IMG/VR virus record: IMGVR_UViG_3300021375_000011
Coordinates: 32,001 to 96,000 of that record
DNA length: 64,000 bases
DNA from: a virus
Strand: one strand, 5' to 3'
This document shows positions 51,301 to 58,279 of this stretch, one piece after another. Within the stretch, counting starts at the first letter, position 1; each line of letters opens with the position of its first letter. Below the pieces are notes generated by a model, which ran no database searches, had not been told where the DNA came from, and worked only from the letters and a program-made list of their open reading frames with translations. The position numbers and the translations under genes are program-made.

Positions 51301-52959
51301 CCAGTAGTGTTCTCTGAGATTAACCAAATGGTAATTTTTGTTAATGGTACAATAATATCAGACTATGCGTTTGCCGCTAGTGGTAGTTTTGCTACTGCAA
51401 TTACATTTACAAGCACATATGGTGCTAGTGATTGGATTACTTTTGGTGTACTAGGAGCAACAACACCTGTACAATATTCATGGAGCACTCCATTAGTACA
51501 GTATATCACATACGATGGTTCAAGTTTACTCGATCCACTAACAAACAGTTTAGGTGGTACAAACCAGGCAAACATGGTTGTACAACGTGAAGGATTAAGA
51601 CTTCGTCCGCCAGAAGGTATTGAATACACCGGTGATGGTTCAAGTGCAGGTCCTTATTACATAAGCACCACTGGCATCAGTAATCAAGGTTTAGTTGCAG
51701 ATAATGATCTATTGGTTTATGTTGATAATGTAAGGAAAAATTTAGCAGTCGATTGGAACCTAAGTGCATGGGATGGATCAAGCGATAGATATGTTGAATT
51801 TACAACTGCTAGTATGCCTCCTGCTAATAGTGATATTAAGATTTTCACAACAACTGAAGCAGATTATATTTTACTTGGCGATCAGTTAGATTTACGTGTT
51901 AGTGCTGCCGCTAACGCAACATTCGCAGTGTACACCTACAATGATACTGCTCAACAAAACATACTTACAAAAGTATTTGTTGGACCAACTACTACAGGTA
52001 TTACAACAGGAGTTGCATACGACGAAGATGCTTATGATGCAAGTGAATTTGATGAAACTGTTGGTACAACCATTGATACAAACAACTTTGCACTTGGCAG
52101 ACTTGTAGACAGTCCTGAAAGACTTATAGTTACATTAAACGGAACATTTATTAGTCAATCAGAATATGATTTAACCACAGGCACTGATAACAAAACCACA
52201 TTGGTATTGGATAGAAATGTTATTAATGCTGCCGACGTGTTAGCAGTAACTATGTTTACAAACACAGTGGTTCCAAACAGCTTAAACTTTAGAATCTTTC
52301 AAGACATGTTAGGCAATCAAAAGTTGCTAAGAATGAATACGCAAAATACAACACAACTTGCACAAGATCTTGCAATTGACGATATAGAAATTCATCTACA
52401 AGATGCAAGTAAACTTAGCGAGCCTGATTTAGATAACAATATTTTTGGACAACTTATGGTTGGTGGTGAACGAATTACATACAGAGTGAGAGACTTAGGC
52501 AATAATACTGTTAGCGATCTCAGACGTGGTACTGCAGGCACAGGAGTCTATGCACATGCAACAGGAACCAGTGTAAGCGACGTGGGCCCAGGAGAGCAAC
52601 TTCCTGCAACATATCAACAAAAAACAACAACTGATAAAACAAATGTTGGTGATGGTACAACTACTAGATTTACAACAAGTATAATAGTACCAACTGGCTT
52701 AGACAGTACAGAACTTGCTGAATCAATTACAGTCACAGTTGCTGGTACAGTGCTTGTACCAGACACAGATTACACAATCACTGCAACAGATAGTGCGTTT
52801 ACAGAAGTAACACTTACAACACCACCACTTGCAAATGTGGAAGTTTGGTTCAGTCAAGTTACTGCTAAAGTAATGTACGCACAAGGTAGTGGTACTGCAA
52901 GTAACGGCATTCCGTTACAAGATCAAACAACACCAGCAGTAACATTCTTAAAGAGTTAA
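39364..52959 (+). CDS. giant baseplate wedge / virion protein (gp7-position)
   Basis: 4531 aa uninterrupted ORF after gp6; VNF.QYYW, VKPYH motif, NGGSGY repeat, FG-GAP-like (L/I)xxGAP repeats. Confidence 0.75.
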   Translation: MAKRIRSEDFLPEIFQTPANKQLLRSTLDQLTQNPKLKPTEGYIGRKIGPGVTASDSYVLEPTTTRSNYQLEPGVVQTNDNGTEVLNTITYPGIIDSLQLQGANTTRHDRLFDSEYYSFDPMVDFDKYVNFGQYYWVPAGPDSVSVFANAIPIRADYDVKYVNTGYTFSGYAGTLPTINLARQGEYNFNVSDSGRNFWIQSQPGTSGVLSQQPNQSSREVLGVTNNGDDFGTVTFNVPSNTAQNFYFTLADIGSTDLLEDTLQFNQINNVFVDVFLEEHGGIDGITDLQDRTLIITTDTDTGWEILTPFDDTLFDQDDPGIPNPGFDNSVALATDPERYVQWRISYNYENPTRPFMELTKVQDIANLSKSIINYGTDYAGVTFYKNADGVFERQPLITANLDILYYQDASDELNFGIIRLVDQANISDLNVDEDIVGKKTYTSPNGVIFTNGLKVEFTGQIVPASYEGNQYYVEGVGTAIELLPVTDFVTPETYTISASVPFDSLSFDEGGYDATSNAPTAQDYMLINRASLDQNAWSRGNRWFHIDVLSATATYNNVALDIDNNARAKRPILEFRKSLKLFNYGTLATEPVDIIDFTQTNAFQNVNGSIGYSVDGYTLIQGSRIIFANDSDPQVKNKIYTVNFVDFEDSSVKTIDLQAASLTSPEVPTNTNVVVLSGTTEQGKSYWFNGTTWVSGQQKTDTNQPPLFDVYDANGYSLSDTSVYPSTTFIGTKIFSYAVGTGATDTIIEQPLKYFSISNVGDIVFDNNLYTDTFTYVKNATSSTQKIDTGIIRQYDTISTFDKLLGWQTHFDTSVQRQSFTFDYAGIPLVLDVPVITDTAKIPVKVFVDGQFVLANTYTYTTNTDNVTVITFNANVVGQPATEPATGAVVEIQVISNSASTIGFYTIPSNLESNALNKNSENFTLGTVRTHYESICQNLEEFSGKIHGSNNVRDLGNVVPYGNLILQQSAPLTMTTPFINGREFEYFRALEFNSQEYAKTKNKILDFVANNDWSGKTTATILDTTLLSVNAGKTANAPFYWTDAIPSGNEFETTTYTFSPISTYVFDTLYSYDFTSANYNGILVYLTPKSTGIQTILVGDGDEYTVATDGPRITINSEKITLENDDIITIREYTATYGSYIPATPSMLGLYPVYLPQSFVDNTYVTPTTVIQGHDGSLTVAWETGDYRNDVLLELEKRIYNNIKISVAEKYDPPLRSSDVIPGQFRTTAYTLTEINNILNTSFLAWVGANRVPYKDQTYNADDQFTWNYSNSQNRLDGDPLLGFWRGIYFDLYDTDSPHTRPWEMVGLSVEPSWWNTRYGPAPYTSGNTVLWDDMAKGIIAYPTGNVVVEDFVRPQLLECLPTDSQGNLVSPMQSIVGSYDSGSFVKSWIAGDYAPTQTAWRRSSNYPFAIQRLLALTEPAKYFSLFADRDLYKYNTDYNQYLYNDRFRIESSELVIYGNGTSKNSYINFVVDYNRVTGIDSTVVVTDKLANLDVRLCYRMASFSDKSYLKIFSEKSSPNSLNSSLLLPDESYNLFLYKNPSFAEIQFSAVTVQRTSAGYSVSGYSTTKPYFEILQSVPTGKFTSIDVNGQQSRINNSYSDNVVQVPYGYTFTSTNAVVDFLSSYGALLQKQGLQFDSQVNDTIVNWTQMAREFLYWVGQSWTVGSLINLNPGADILKLQRDFAVVESLNNENINDIMLDQNFEPLFGKDYAVERLDNELKLIGLNNQTFSFLNARYTSYEHIIVFDNVSIFNDLIYNPVTGARQNRLLLNGNTVFDWNGTLDAQGFILNQDNIKEWVANQSYTKGQIVLYKEAYWSATRLLSPNPEFVFADWIKSDYDKIQTGLLPNIATKADALRENYDINTANLESDATLLGLGLIGFRPRQYMQNLNLDDISQAGLYSQFLGTKGTLGAAEQFKSANLGKEEAEYDIRENWAIQRGIYGANANRSYFELRLDESKLLGNPSTVAVIDPGEITTANQEILLENIWKQSYKITNKNILPTVGTIPDDVALPTAGYVNYDDVDIKVFNFDDLTNIAANLENIAIGTNIWVAKANSYDWNIYRNNLVNALVTTVVDNLNGTCTFTFDTNHNLLTGTRLVIKYFDVAVDGAYIIESVPSLKTITVTLSLPGETTSLTGIGLTLALESVRFAQASDVVNSTFANAIVPGNQAWVDDYGDGNWAVLQKINPFGTATELDADTPILNDLYGTTVQQGVTGGLAIGAPGYASGKGAVYCYNKSDTDTYKENTIMTPTAAGFVGTGTSLSVGTIERIVAGAPASDSNKGYAVGIRRNSSNGEYSQTQLFNTGTNDVDNFGQDVAVSADERWLYVSAPTATVSGDYVWAYQQVGVQSQTLKFTGDATTTDFIITGTIVVSAVNATAQTQIAVTRNNVSQTAGSDYTVQTSGTNQVVRFGTAPNENDTIVITRRQGVTYLPSGSTTAFSTATLFTVNDIYSFAVYYNGALLRPIHDYTFAGNTVTLLVAISSGTLLIDAKTYWDFVKTINTGGSVGDLPGQSISTTTDGRQVIIGAPGAEVTVGSTTTTDAGKVYIYDRSVERFQVQTASTTTQSFTTSDTPEGTPAVTVNGTYLVPTAQNNNAEFSFSGTTITIGTATNPYTLNVGDIVEIETNNFRLVQTINSPTVGEAYNFGQVVDMCSTNCSLYIAEPNDSTITEQGGSVDRWINQSRLFGTITGTVTNPVLTATDSIRINNYFVTLTGTTVASLVTDITTADLPNIKATEVSGALQITLVDVQAGEAFIKLQVAPGAGTAFADLGLAQMVFAQTIVSPVAQQFGHFGQSLKIDSTATTLVVGAPDATANLPTTFDSNTTYFDSKSTLLIDPLEESGVAYTYNFLNAANASATNTGKFVFGQQIYDTSMVSFDKFGSAVDYYAGVLLVGAPNDDLNDSSGDYGRVTQLVNANKESAWKIVYNQQPMVNSALLNSVFTYDKVSNEVDTYLDFIDPLQGKILGAASANINYQGGIDPAAYNTGTVNNFGSQWRDEYLGHFWWDLSTVRFIDYHQDTIEYKARRWGQLFPGSSVDVYQWTKNSVAPANYTGPGTVYTTDSYVVTSELDSAGTFVSNYYYWVKGLSAVPTGKTLSSNAITQYISDPRSSGVSYSAALSQNTIGLYNVRTQLVGTDTILHVEFDKLENTDAVHSEYDLITDNDPNSFLGTGLYRKFLDSYCGVDTLGNNVPDPTLSPADKYGVSFRPRQSFFIDRFLALENYMTRANRIMKLYPISEDKSFKLLNSSDPEPTSVSGLWDKRVLTYAELTYQDLNQVAVGYNYLVASDSTQEGLWTIYTVIAGPSLQLARVQNYDTQLYWSYVDWNGLNADGTTYSSANASAYEVEVYSNLLALEDVPNQSWATVESNSFGKKEVYQYSTTTGEWTRVFLEDGTIAVDKTIWDYSVGNFGFDVEAFDAQRFAQAPDVETRQILKALNEEIFVNELKIFRNELLILTFEFIMSEQPAPDWLIKTSLIDVNHKIRDLIEYPIFRRDNQDFVSQYIEEVKPYHVQVREFNLRYEGEDTYNGSITDFDLPAYYDALRNQFVSPILDDSEFPTSLSAVPSTSSVWTTFPWSQWYNNYKLIVKEVKVLNGGSGYTVPPQVVVTGDATTQATMTATVNTAGVVTGITVDTLGSGYITTPTLTISGGNGTGATAVVVLEPQQVRDFKTTVKYDRITYTSQVLDWTASTVYTAGQLIRYPVPTLGVVNVSLPEVYSVNFNFTSGTVFDPDNYTKVDQSTLDGADRTIGLYTPEPNEPGRELAQVMTGIDYPGVQVQGPNFNQNTGYDVGNFDINPFDNIDFGPEGLPTYDPAILDVIYESEFTDTYLGVRATDINVVGGAFIDTYSSHAPEELIPGSEFDTLDLKVYTRPGSDWSSDGHGFNIATINVVFNGAGTTLDFTSAMLHPVGIEVIDITSGQSITNTAYTIDWVNKVVTLGATMPSAIGSNIAIKIYGLGGGSQIYKESIVGSDITSNVATIPVVFSEINQMVIFVNGTIISDYAFAASGSFATAITFTSTYGASDWITFGVLGATTPVQYSWSTPLVQYITYDGSSLLDPLTNSLGGTNQANMVVQREGLRLRPPEGIEYTGDGSSAGPYYISTTGISNQGLVADNDLLVYVDNVRKNLAVDWNLSAWDGSSDRYVEFTTASMPPANSDIKIFTTTEADYILLGDQLDLRVSAAANATFAVYTYNDTAQQNILTKVFVGPTTTGITTGVAYDEDAYDASEFDETVGTTIDTNNFALGRLVDSPERLIVTLNGTFISQSEYDLTTGTDNKTTLVLDRNVINAADVLAVTMFTNTVVPNSLNFRIFQDMLGNQKLLRMNTQNTTQLAQDLAIDDIEIHLQDASKLSEPDLDNNIFGQLMVGGERITYRVRDLGNNTVSDLRRGTAGTGVYAHATGTSVSDVGPGEQLPATYQQKTTTDKTNVGDGTTTRFTTSIIVPTGLDSTELAESITVTVAGTVLVPDTDYTITATDSAFTEVTLTTPPLANVEVWFSQVTAKVMYAQGSGTASNGIPLQDQTTPAVTFLKS

Positions 52960-52990
52960 ACTGGTAGTTAATGAATAAGGTAAATACAGT

Positions 52991-53647
52991 ATGGAACAAG
53001 AAACAAAAAATGAGGCCATAGTGGATCAAGAAGAAAAACGTCCAAACGAAGCAGGACAACTTGCTATCAGTGGGCATATTAAGATATTTGATCCTAATAG
53101 CGGTGAAGTTATTGTTGACAAACGAAATGCTATACACTATGAAAATATAAGTCAAAGTATAGCAAATAGTTTAGCAAATAAAACTATTGGCCAAATTTAT
53201 AGTATGAGTTTTGGCAACGGCGGTAGCAGTGTTGATCCTACAGGAGTGATTACCTACTTGCCACCAAACACAACAGGACAGAATGCTAACTTGTACAATC
53301 CAACCTACTCAAAAGTAGTAGACGATAACAGTGCAAGTAACACTGACACTAGCAGTAATAACCTTACTATAACACATACAACAGGTAAAGTTTATTCAGA
53401 TATACTTGTTAGTTGTCTGTTAGATTATGGCGAGCCATCAGGGCAACAAGCATTTGATAATTCAACAGATTTCAACGGTGATTATGTATTTGATGAACTA
53501 GGATTAAAAACTTGGAACGGAAGTGCAACTGACCTTAGATTGATAACACATGTTATCTTTCACCCAGTTCAAAAATCATTGAACAGACAGATACAAATTG
53601 ATTATACAGTTCGTATACAAACATTAACTAATCTTAGTGCAACATAA
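52991..53647 (+). CDS. baseplate / fibre-attachment protein
   Basis: 218 aa; FGNGG, FDELGL, HVIFHPVQKSLNR; TAAATA-CAGT-ATG. Confidence 0.65.
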   Translation: MEQETKNEAIVDQEEKRPNEAGQLAISGHIKIFDPNSGEVIVDKRNAIHYENISQSIANSLANKTIGQIYSMSFGNGGSSVDPTGVITYLPPNTTGQNANLYNPTYSKVVDDNSASNTDTSSNNLTITHTTGKVYSDILVSCLLDYGEPSGQQAFDNSTDFNGDYVFDELGLKTWNGSATDLRLITHVIFHPVQKSLNRQIQIDYTVRIQTLTNLSAT

Positions 53648-53675
53648 ATACACTTAGAAAACGGAGTAAAACAAA

Positions 53676-55028
53676 ATGTCATATACCATTAACTTAACAG
53701 ATGGTACAATTTTTGCAGTAGTTGCGGATGGTACTATCAACACAGATTCGAGTCAGGTACTAGTCGGAAAAAACTACGCTGGTTACGGTGAATTCTTAGA
53801 CGAGAACTTCATACGTTTACTTGAAAATGCGGCAAATACATCAGCACCAGGAGCACCGTTAACAGGTCAACTTTGGTACGATAAAACAAACAATGTGATG
53901 AAAGTGTACAACGGAACAACTTTTAAGGTTATTTCGGCTGCGACTGCATCCACTAGCCAACCAACTTCAAATATAGCTGGTGACTTATGGTTTGATACAA
54001 CAAACGACCAACTTAAAGTTTATAATGGATCCACTTTTATTACTATTGGTCCAAGTTTTACAAGTGGCGAAGGAACATCAGGTGCTATTGTAACAACTAT
54101 TACAGATAACGTTGCAAGTGATCACGTTGTGGTACAGATGTATGTAAACAACGTTATAGTTTCGATATTCTCAAAAGATGCTACATTTACTCCGGCAGTA
54201 GCTATTTCAGGATTTGCTACTATTGGTCCAGGTTTGAATATGAGTACAACAGTATCAAACGCAGTGTTTAACGGAACCGCAACAAATGCTGATACACTAG
54301 ATACACTCAATTCAACAAGTTTTATGAGATCAGATGCGGCCACAAGCAATAACACAAGTATCAGTGTGTTATCAGACACAGGATTATTTGTTGGTGCAGA
54401 TAGTGATGCTAAAATTTCAGTTTCAGGAACTGATGTCACTATAGCCAACCAAACATCAGACGGTGATACTATATTAACAGTAAACGATGGTGGAGTTACT
54501 ACAACAGTGATTCAACTTGATGGAGCAACTGCAACTGTAGGCGTAAGAGATATAACAAATTTACAAGCAGATGGTGTTGGAAACATTGGTACTGCTAGTG
54601 TAGGATTCAATACTGTTCATGCTAAAGCAACATCAGCACAATACGCTGATATGGCTGAGCGTTTTCATGCAGATGCAGAATACGCTCCAGGAACAATTGT
54701 TGAACTAGGCGGTGTAAACGAAGTTACACTTTGCGTAGAAGAATTAAGTTCTAAAGTATTTGGTGTTGTTTCGACACAACCAGCATACTTGATGAACGGC
54801 AATGCAGGGTCAAATGCTACGCATCCACCAATTGCGATGAGTGGAAGAGTGCCTGTAAACGTAATGGGATTTGTTACAAAAGGTGACAGACTTGTAAGTG
54901 CCGGAAACGGAACCGCAAGAGCTGCAAACTTAGATGAGATTACAAGTTTCAACGTAATTGGACGTGCTCTAGAAAGCAAAACAGACGAAGGAATTGGCAG
55001 TATAGAAGCTATTGTAAAAATAGTTTAA
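53676..55028 (+). CDS. tail fibre with C-terminal intramolecular-chaperone / autocleavage domain (peptidase G2-like)
   Basis: GQLWYD and GDLWFD repeats; YADMAE...GVVS..PAYLMN...GRVPV...KGDRLV. Confidence 0.75.
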   Translation: MSYTINLTDGTIFAVVADGTINTDSSQVLVGKNYAGYGEFLDENFIRLLENAANTSAPGAPLTGQLWYDKTNNVMKVYNGTTFKVISAATASTSQPTSNIAGDLWFDTTNDQLKVYNGSTFITIGPSFTSGEGTSGAIVTTITDNVASDHVVVQMYVNNVIVSIFSKDATFTPAVAISGFATIGPGLNMSTTVSNAVFNGTATNADTLDTLNSTSFMRSDAATSNNTSISVLSDTGLFVGADSDAKISVSGTDVTIANQTSDGDTILTVNDGGVTTTVIQLDGATATVGVRDITNLQADGVGNIGTASVGFNTVHAKATSAQYADMAERFHADAEYAPGTIVELGGVNEVTLCVEELSSKVFGVVSTQPAYLMNGNAGSNATHPPIAMSGRVPVNVMGFVTKGDRLVSAGNGTARAANLDEITSFNVIGRALESKTDEGIGSIEAIVKIV

Positions 55029-55110
55029 TATTATAAATATGTAGGATATCCAGCTAATAGTATAACTATTAGCGTATCATTAGATACTAATACAAAGGAA
55101 ATAAAAAGAG

Positions 55111-56064
55111 ATGACATATACAGTAGGTTCAACCATTGTAGACGACGACTACAATATATTTGCAACGGGAAATGCCGCTGGCTCCGGTGATGACAGTGTA
55201 AACAATATTAATACTATATTGGGTACAGGAACTGGTGATAAAGGCTATGGGCAATCAACTACCTTGCCAGCAGTTAGTGCAGGTGGTACTGTAGCAGCCA
55301 CAAACTGGGCAAACTTAGTAGCCAGAACTGCTACGCTCGCAGCACACCAAGGCATATCTATAACATCAATTACTCAGCCAAGTGCTGGAGATACAGTTGC
55401 GGTTTTTGCTGCTTTATCACAGAACATAACAGATGTAAATACTAACAGAAATTTTGCAGCCGCAGAAGGATCTGACTCATCTGTATCAACTACTTCAACT
55501 GCAGGTTGGAACAACAGTGCAACACTATCAAAAACATTTACGTTTGCAAGTGCAAATCAGTTGAGATACTTTTTTAATGCAGGTGGACAAATTCGTTTGT
55601 CATGGAGTAGATCAGGTGGTACAACCAGTGATCAAAACACATCATGGACAAACTTGTTAACTGCTTCAGGTACATTGGTACTCACTGGTGCAGCCGCAGC
55701 TAAAACTATTAACGGTGTTTCATACACAGGCCTAACAAAAATTGGTGGCTCAGGTTCACCTACTACACTTAATACAACAGAAGGTGCATACGCATTAGAT
55801 GGTACACCATCATTGAACTTTAAACAGGTACCAAGTGCACCATATGGTTCAAACGAAATTGAAGTTTCATATAGCATATCGGGTAATGTAATAACAATTT
55901 ACACAGACTTATCAGATGACTATGCTCCACCGGATCCAGCATCACCTGATAACATTGACGGAACATTAACACAGGTATCAACTGTACGTCCGCCAAGTAC
56001 AGCACAACTAAGTGATACTTGGGGAACTGTTACACAAAACACACCAAGTTGGTCACAGACATAA
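55111..56064 (+). CDS. virion structural / fibre-associated protein
   Basis: 317 aa Thr/Ser-rich; GYGQ, RYFFNAGG; TATAAATA at 55032-55039. Confidence 0.65.
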   Translation: MTYTVGSTIVDDDYNIFATGNAAGSGDDSVNNINTILGTGTGDKGYGQSTTLPAVSAGGTVAATNWANLVARTATLAAHQGISITSITQPSAGDTVAVFAALSQNITDVNTNRNFAAAEGSDSSVSTTSTAGWNNSATLSKTFTFASANQLRYFFNAGGQIRLSWSRSGGTTSDQNTSWTNLLTASGTLVLTGAAAAKTINGVSYTGLTKIGGSGSPTTLNTTEGAYALDGTPSLNFKQVPSAPYGSNEIEVSYSISGNVITIYTDLSDDYAPPDPASPDNIDGTLTQVSTVRPPSTAQLSDTWGTVTQNTPSWSQT

Positions 56065-56082
56065 TTTTATAACAAATACTAC

Positions 56083-56114
56083 AAACCCTAGTTTTTATTA
56101 ACTAGGGTTTTTTT
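56083..56114 (+). terminator. intrinsic terminator
   Basis: AAACCCTAGTT-TTTATT-AACTAGGGTTT-TTTT. Confidence 0.85.
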
Positions 56115-56130
56115 GTGGCTAAGTATTCGC

Positions 56131-56427
56131 ATGCAAGATTTAGTCAAAAGAATACGCAAAAGATTTGATCATCAGCAAGCAAGGCTGGTGCTTAAAGAAA
56201 CATATCAAGCAAAAATGATATTTGCACACAATGGCGGTATGTGGCGTGCTGGTCCAGAGCTTTTAAGTTTATGTGAAATTTGTGATGATACTGCAATACT
56301 ACTAGACATATACGATACACCAGTACAAGTAAACACCGATGAACTACAAGTAATCGCCTTACAACTCTGGCAAGAACAGATGAATGCATGGCATGCTGAA
56401 TATGAAGAAATGTCAAAACAAAGATGA
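56131..56427 (+). CDS. hypothetical protein
   Basis: ATG 56131, 5 nt after TAAGTA at 56120-56125; first gene of the GT/radical SAM operon. Confidence 0.6.
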   Translation: MQDLVKRIRKRFDHQQARLVLKETYQAKMIFAHNGGMWRAGPELLSLCEICDDTAILLDIYDTPVQVNTDELQVIALQLWQEQMNAWHAEYEEMSKQR

Positions 56428-57185
56428 CGGTTGGTGCTTTATTATATGCATTCAACAGTGATATAAAATATACCAAAATTGCTTTAGAATGTGCAAATAG
56501 GATTCAAGAATATTTAGATATTCCTGTTAGTATTGTTACAGACACTGCCTTAAACAATAGTACATTTGACAAAGAAATTATAGTAAGTAAACCAGTAACA
56601 AAAAATTACAAATACTGGCAAGACACTGATAAAACCACACTGTGGCACAACGCTGGCAGAAGTGGAGCACTTGATGTTACACCTTATGAACGCACCTTAC
56701 TGGTGGATATAGACTATATGATCAACAGTACTGTGCTTGAAAATTTACTTAACAGTACACAAAGTTTTTTTGCACACAAAAATGTTATGCCAGCAACCAA
56801 AAAAACAACTGTAGAAACATTTGGATTACACAAAAGCACAATGTGGTGGGCAACTGTAGTTGTATTTGATAAAAGCCAATTCTCAGAAGATGTGTTTGGA
56901 ATGTGGCAAATGGTTGAACAAAATTATCAGCACTATGCAAATGCATTTCAATTTGATGGTCGTAAATTTAGAAATGATTATGCCCTAAGTATTGCACTCT
57001 TAGTTGCTAACGGAAATACTGTACCAGAGCATTGCGATATTCCATGGCCTCTTGTTAATGTTGAGCCTGCAGTTGAAGTCTCTTTAGACGAGGACCGGTG
57101 GTCCATTGACGGAAAATTTTATACACGTAACCAGGATCTACACATAATGGGCAAAAGTTATTTGGAGAATCTATATGCAATATGA
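56424..57185 (+). CDS. GT-A fold glycosyltransferase-like protein
   Basis: PVSIVTD...TPYERTLLVDIDY (DxD)...RND. Confidence 0.65.
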   Translation: MTVGALLYAFNSDIKYTKIALECANRIQEYLDIPVSIVTDTALNNSTFDKEIIVSKPVTKNYKYWQDTDKTTLWHNAGRSGALDVTPYERTLLVDIDYMINSTVLENLLNSTQSFFAHKNVMPATKKTTVETFGLHKSTMWWATVVVFDKSQFSEDVFGMWQMVEQNYQHYANAFQFDGRKFRNDYALSIALLVANGNTVPEHCDIPWPLVNVEPAVEVSLDEDRWSIDGKFYTRNQDLHIMGKSYLENLYAI

Positions 57186-57942
57186 AGCAGACAACGGCTA
57201 CATCATACCTGCAACAGAAGAATATATTCAATGTGCTGAAACACTTGCAAAAAGCATACGCTATTGGCATCCAGATGTAAAAATATGTTTGCTTACTGAT
57301 ATTGAATATACCAATAGTCTATTTGATTTTGTAAAACAGTTGCCATGGGGAAACACCGGTGGTTGGTCAAACGATTGGCAAGTGTATCACGCTAGTCCAT
57401 TTCATGAAACAGTAAAGTTAGAAGCAGACATGATACTCAGTGGACCGGTGGACCATTGGTGGACACATTATCGCAAGTTTCCTGTTTGGATCAGTACTGG
57501 ATGTAGGAATCAATATAATAAAACTGCATACACAAGACACTATAGAAAAATATTTGATAAAAATAAACTTCCAGATGTCTATAATGCAATTACCTATTGG
57601 CGTGTTAGCAGAGAGTCACAAGAATTTTTTAAAAGTGTTAGACAGTGCTTTGAAAAATGGGATCAAGTAAAAACAGATATACAAGGAGCACAAGACGAAG
57701 TTGCAAATACTGATTTAATTTACGCACTGAATGCTGATGGTTATATTACTCCAGGATACGGCCCACAGATTGTACATTGTAAGCAAGAAGTGTTGCGTAC
57801 ATCGATCGAAGATTGGCATAAAGAACTTATATGGGAGATAGACAAAGGAGTATTTCGTATAAACGGTTACAATCAACATGGGTTTGTACACTATCATCAA
57901 AAACAACTTGCAGTAGAATTTGGCAAATATTATGCTTGCTGA
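57175..57942 (+). CDS. GT-A fold glycosyltransferase-like paralog
   Basis: ICLLTD...SPFHETVKLEADM...HY. Confidence 0.6.
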   Translation: MQYEADNGYIIPATEEYIQCAETLAKSIRYWHPDVKICLLTDIEYTNSLFDFVKQLPWGNTGGWSNDWQVYHASPFHETVKLEADMILSGPVDHWWTHYRKFPVWISTGCRNQYNKTAYTRHYRKIFDKNKLPDVYNAITYWRVSRESQEFFKSVRQCFEKWDQVKTDIQGAQDEVANTDLIYALNADGYITPGYGPQIVHCKQEVLRTSIEDWHKELIWEIDKGVFRINGYNQHGFVHYHQKQLAVEFGKYYAC

Positions 57943-58279
57943 AGACTTTATAAAATTAATAAACGCCAGTGCTGAACTTGTAAACAAACCGGTTGACTTC
58001 ACATACAGATTGTACTATAATAAAGAAACTGGTGAACCCATTGCATATAGTATGGAAAAACTAAAAGGTGATTTTGTCACAGTTACAAAAGAGCAGTATA
58101 CGGTAGGTAGATATGATGTTATTGTTAAAGATGATTGTCTTGTAAGTACAGCTAGTATACAATATCTAAGAAAATTAGTGCCCAGTGCTGATGGTATAGC
58201 ATGTAATAAAACAAATGTTTTAATCTTAGATGAAACAAGTTCTACTAAGTGGAAACTTAAGACAAAGGAATTATTATGA
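57932..58279 (+). CDS. hypothetical protein
   Basis: YRLYYN..G.P..YSME; translationally coupled within the operon. Confidence 0.55.
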   Translation: MLAEDFIKLINASAELVNKPVDFTYRLYYNKETGEPIAYSMEKLKGDFVTVTKEQYTVGRYDVIVKDDCLVSTASIQYLRKLVPSADGIACNKTNVLILDETSSTKWKLKTKELL

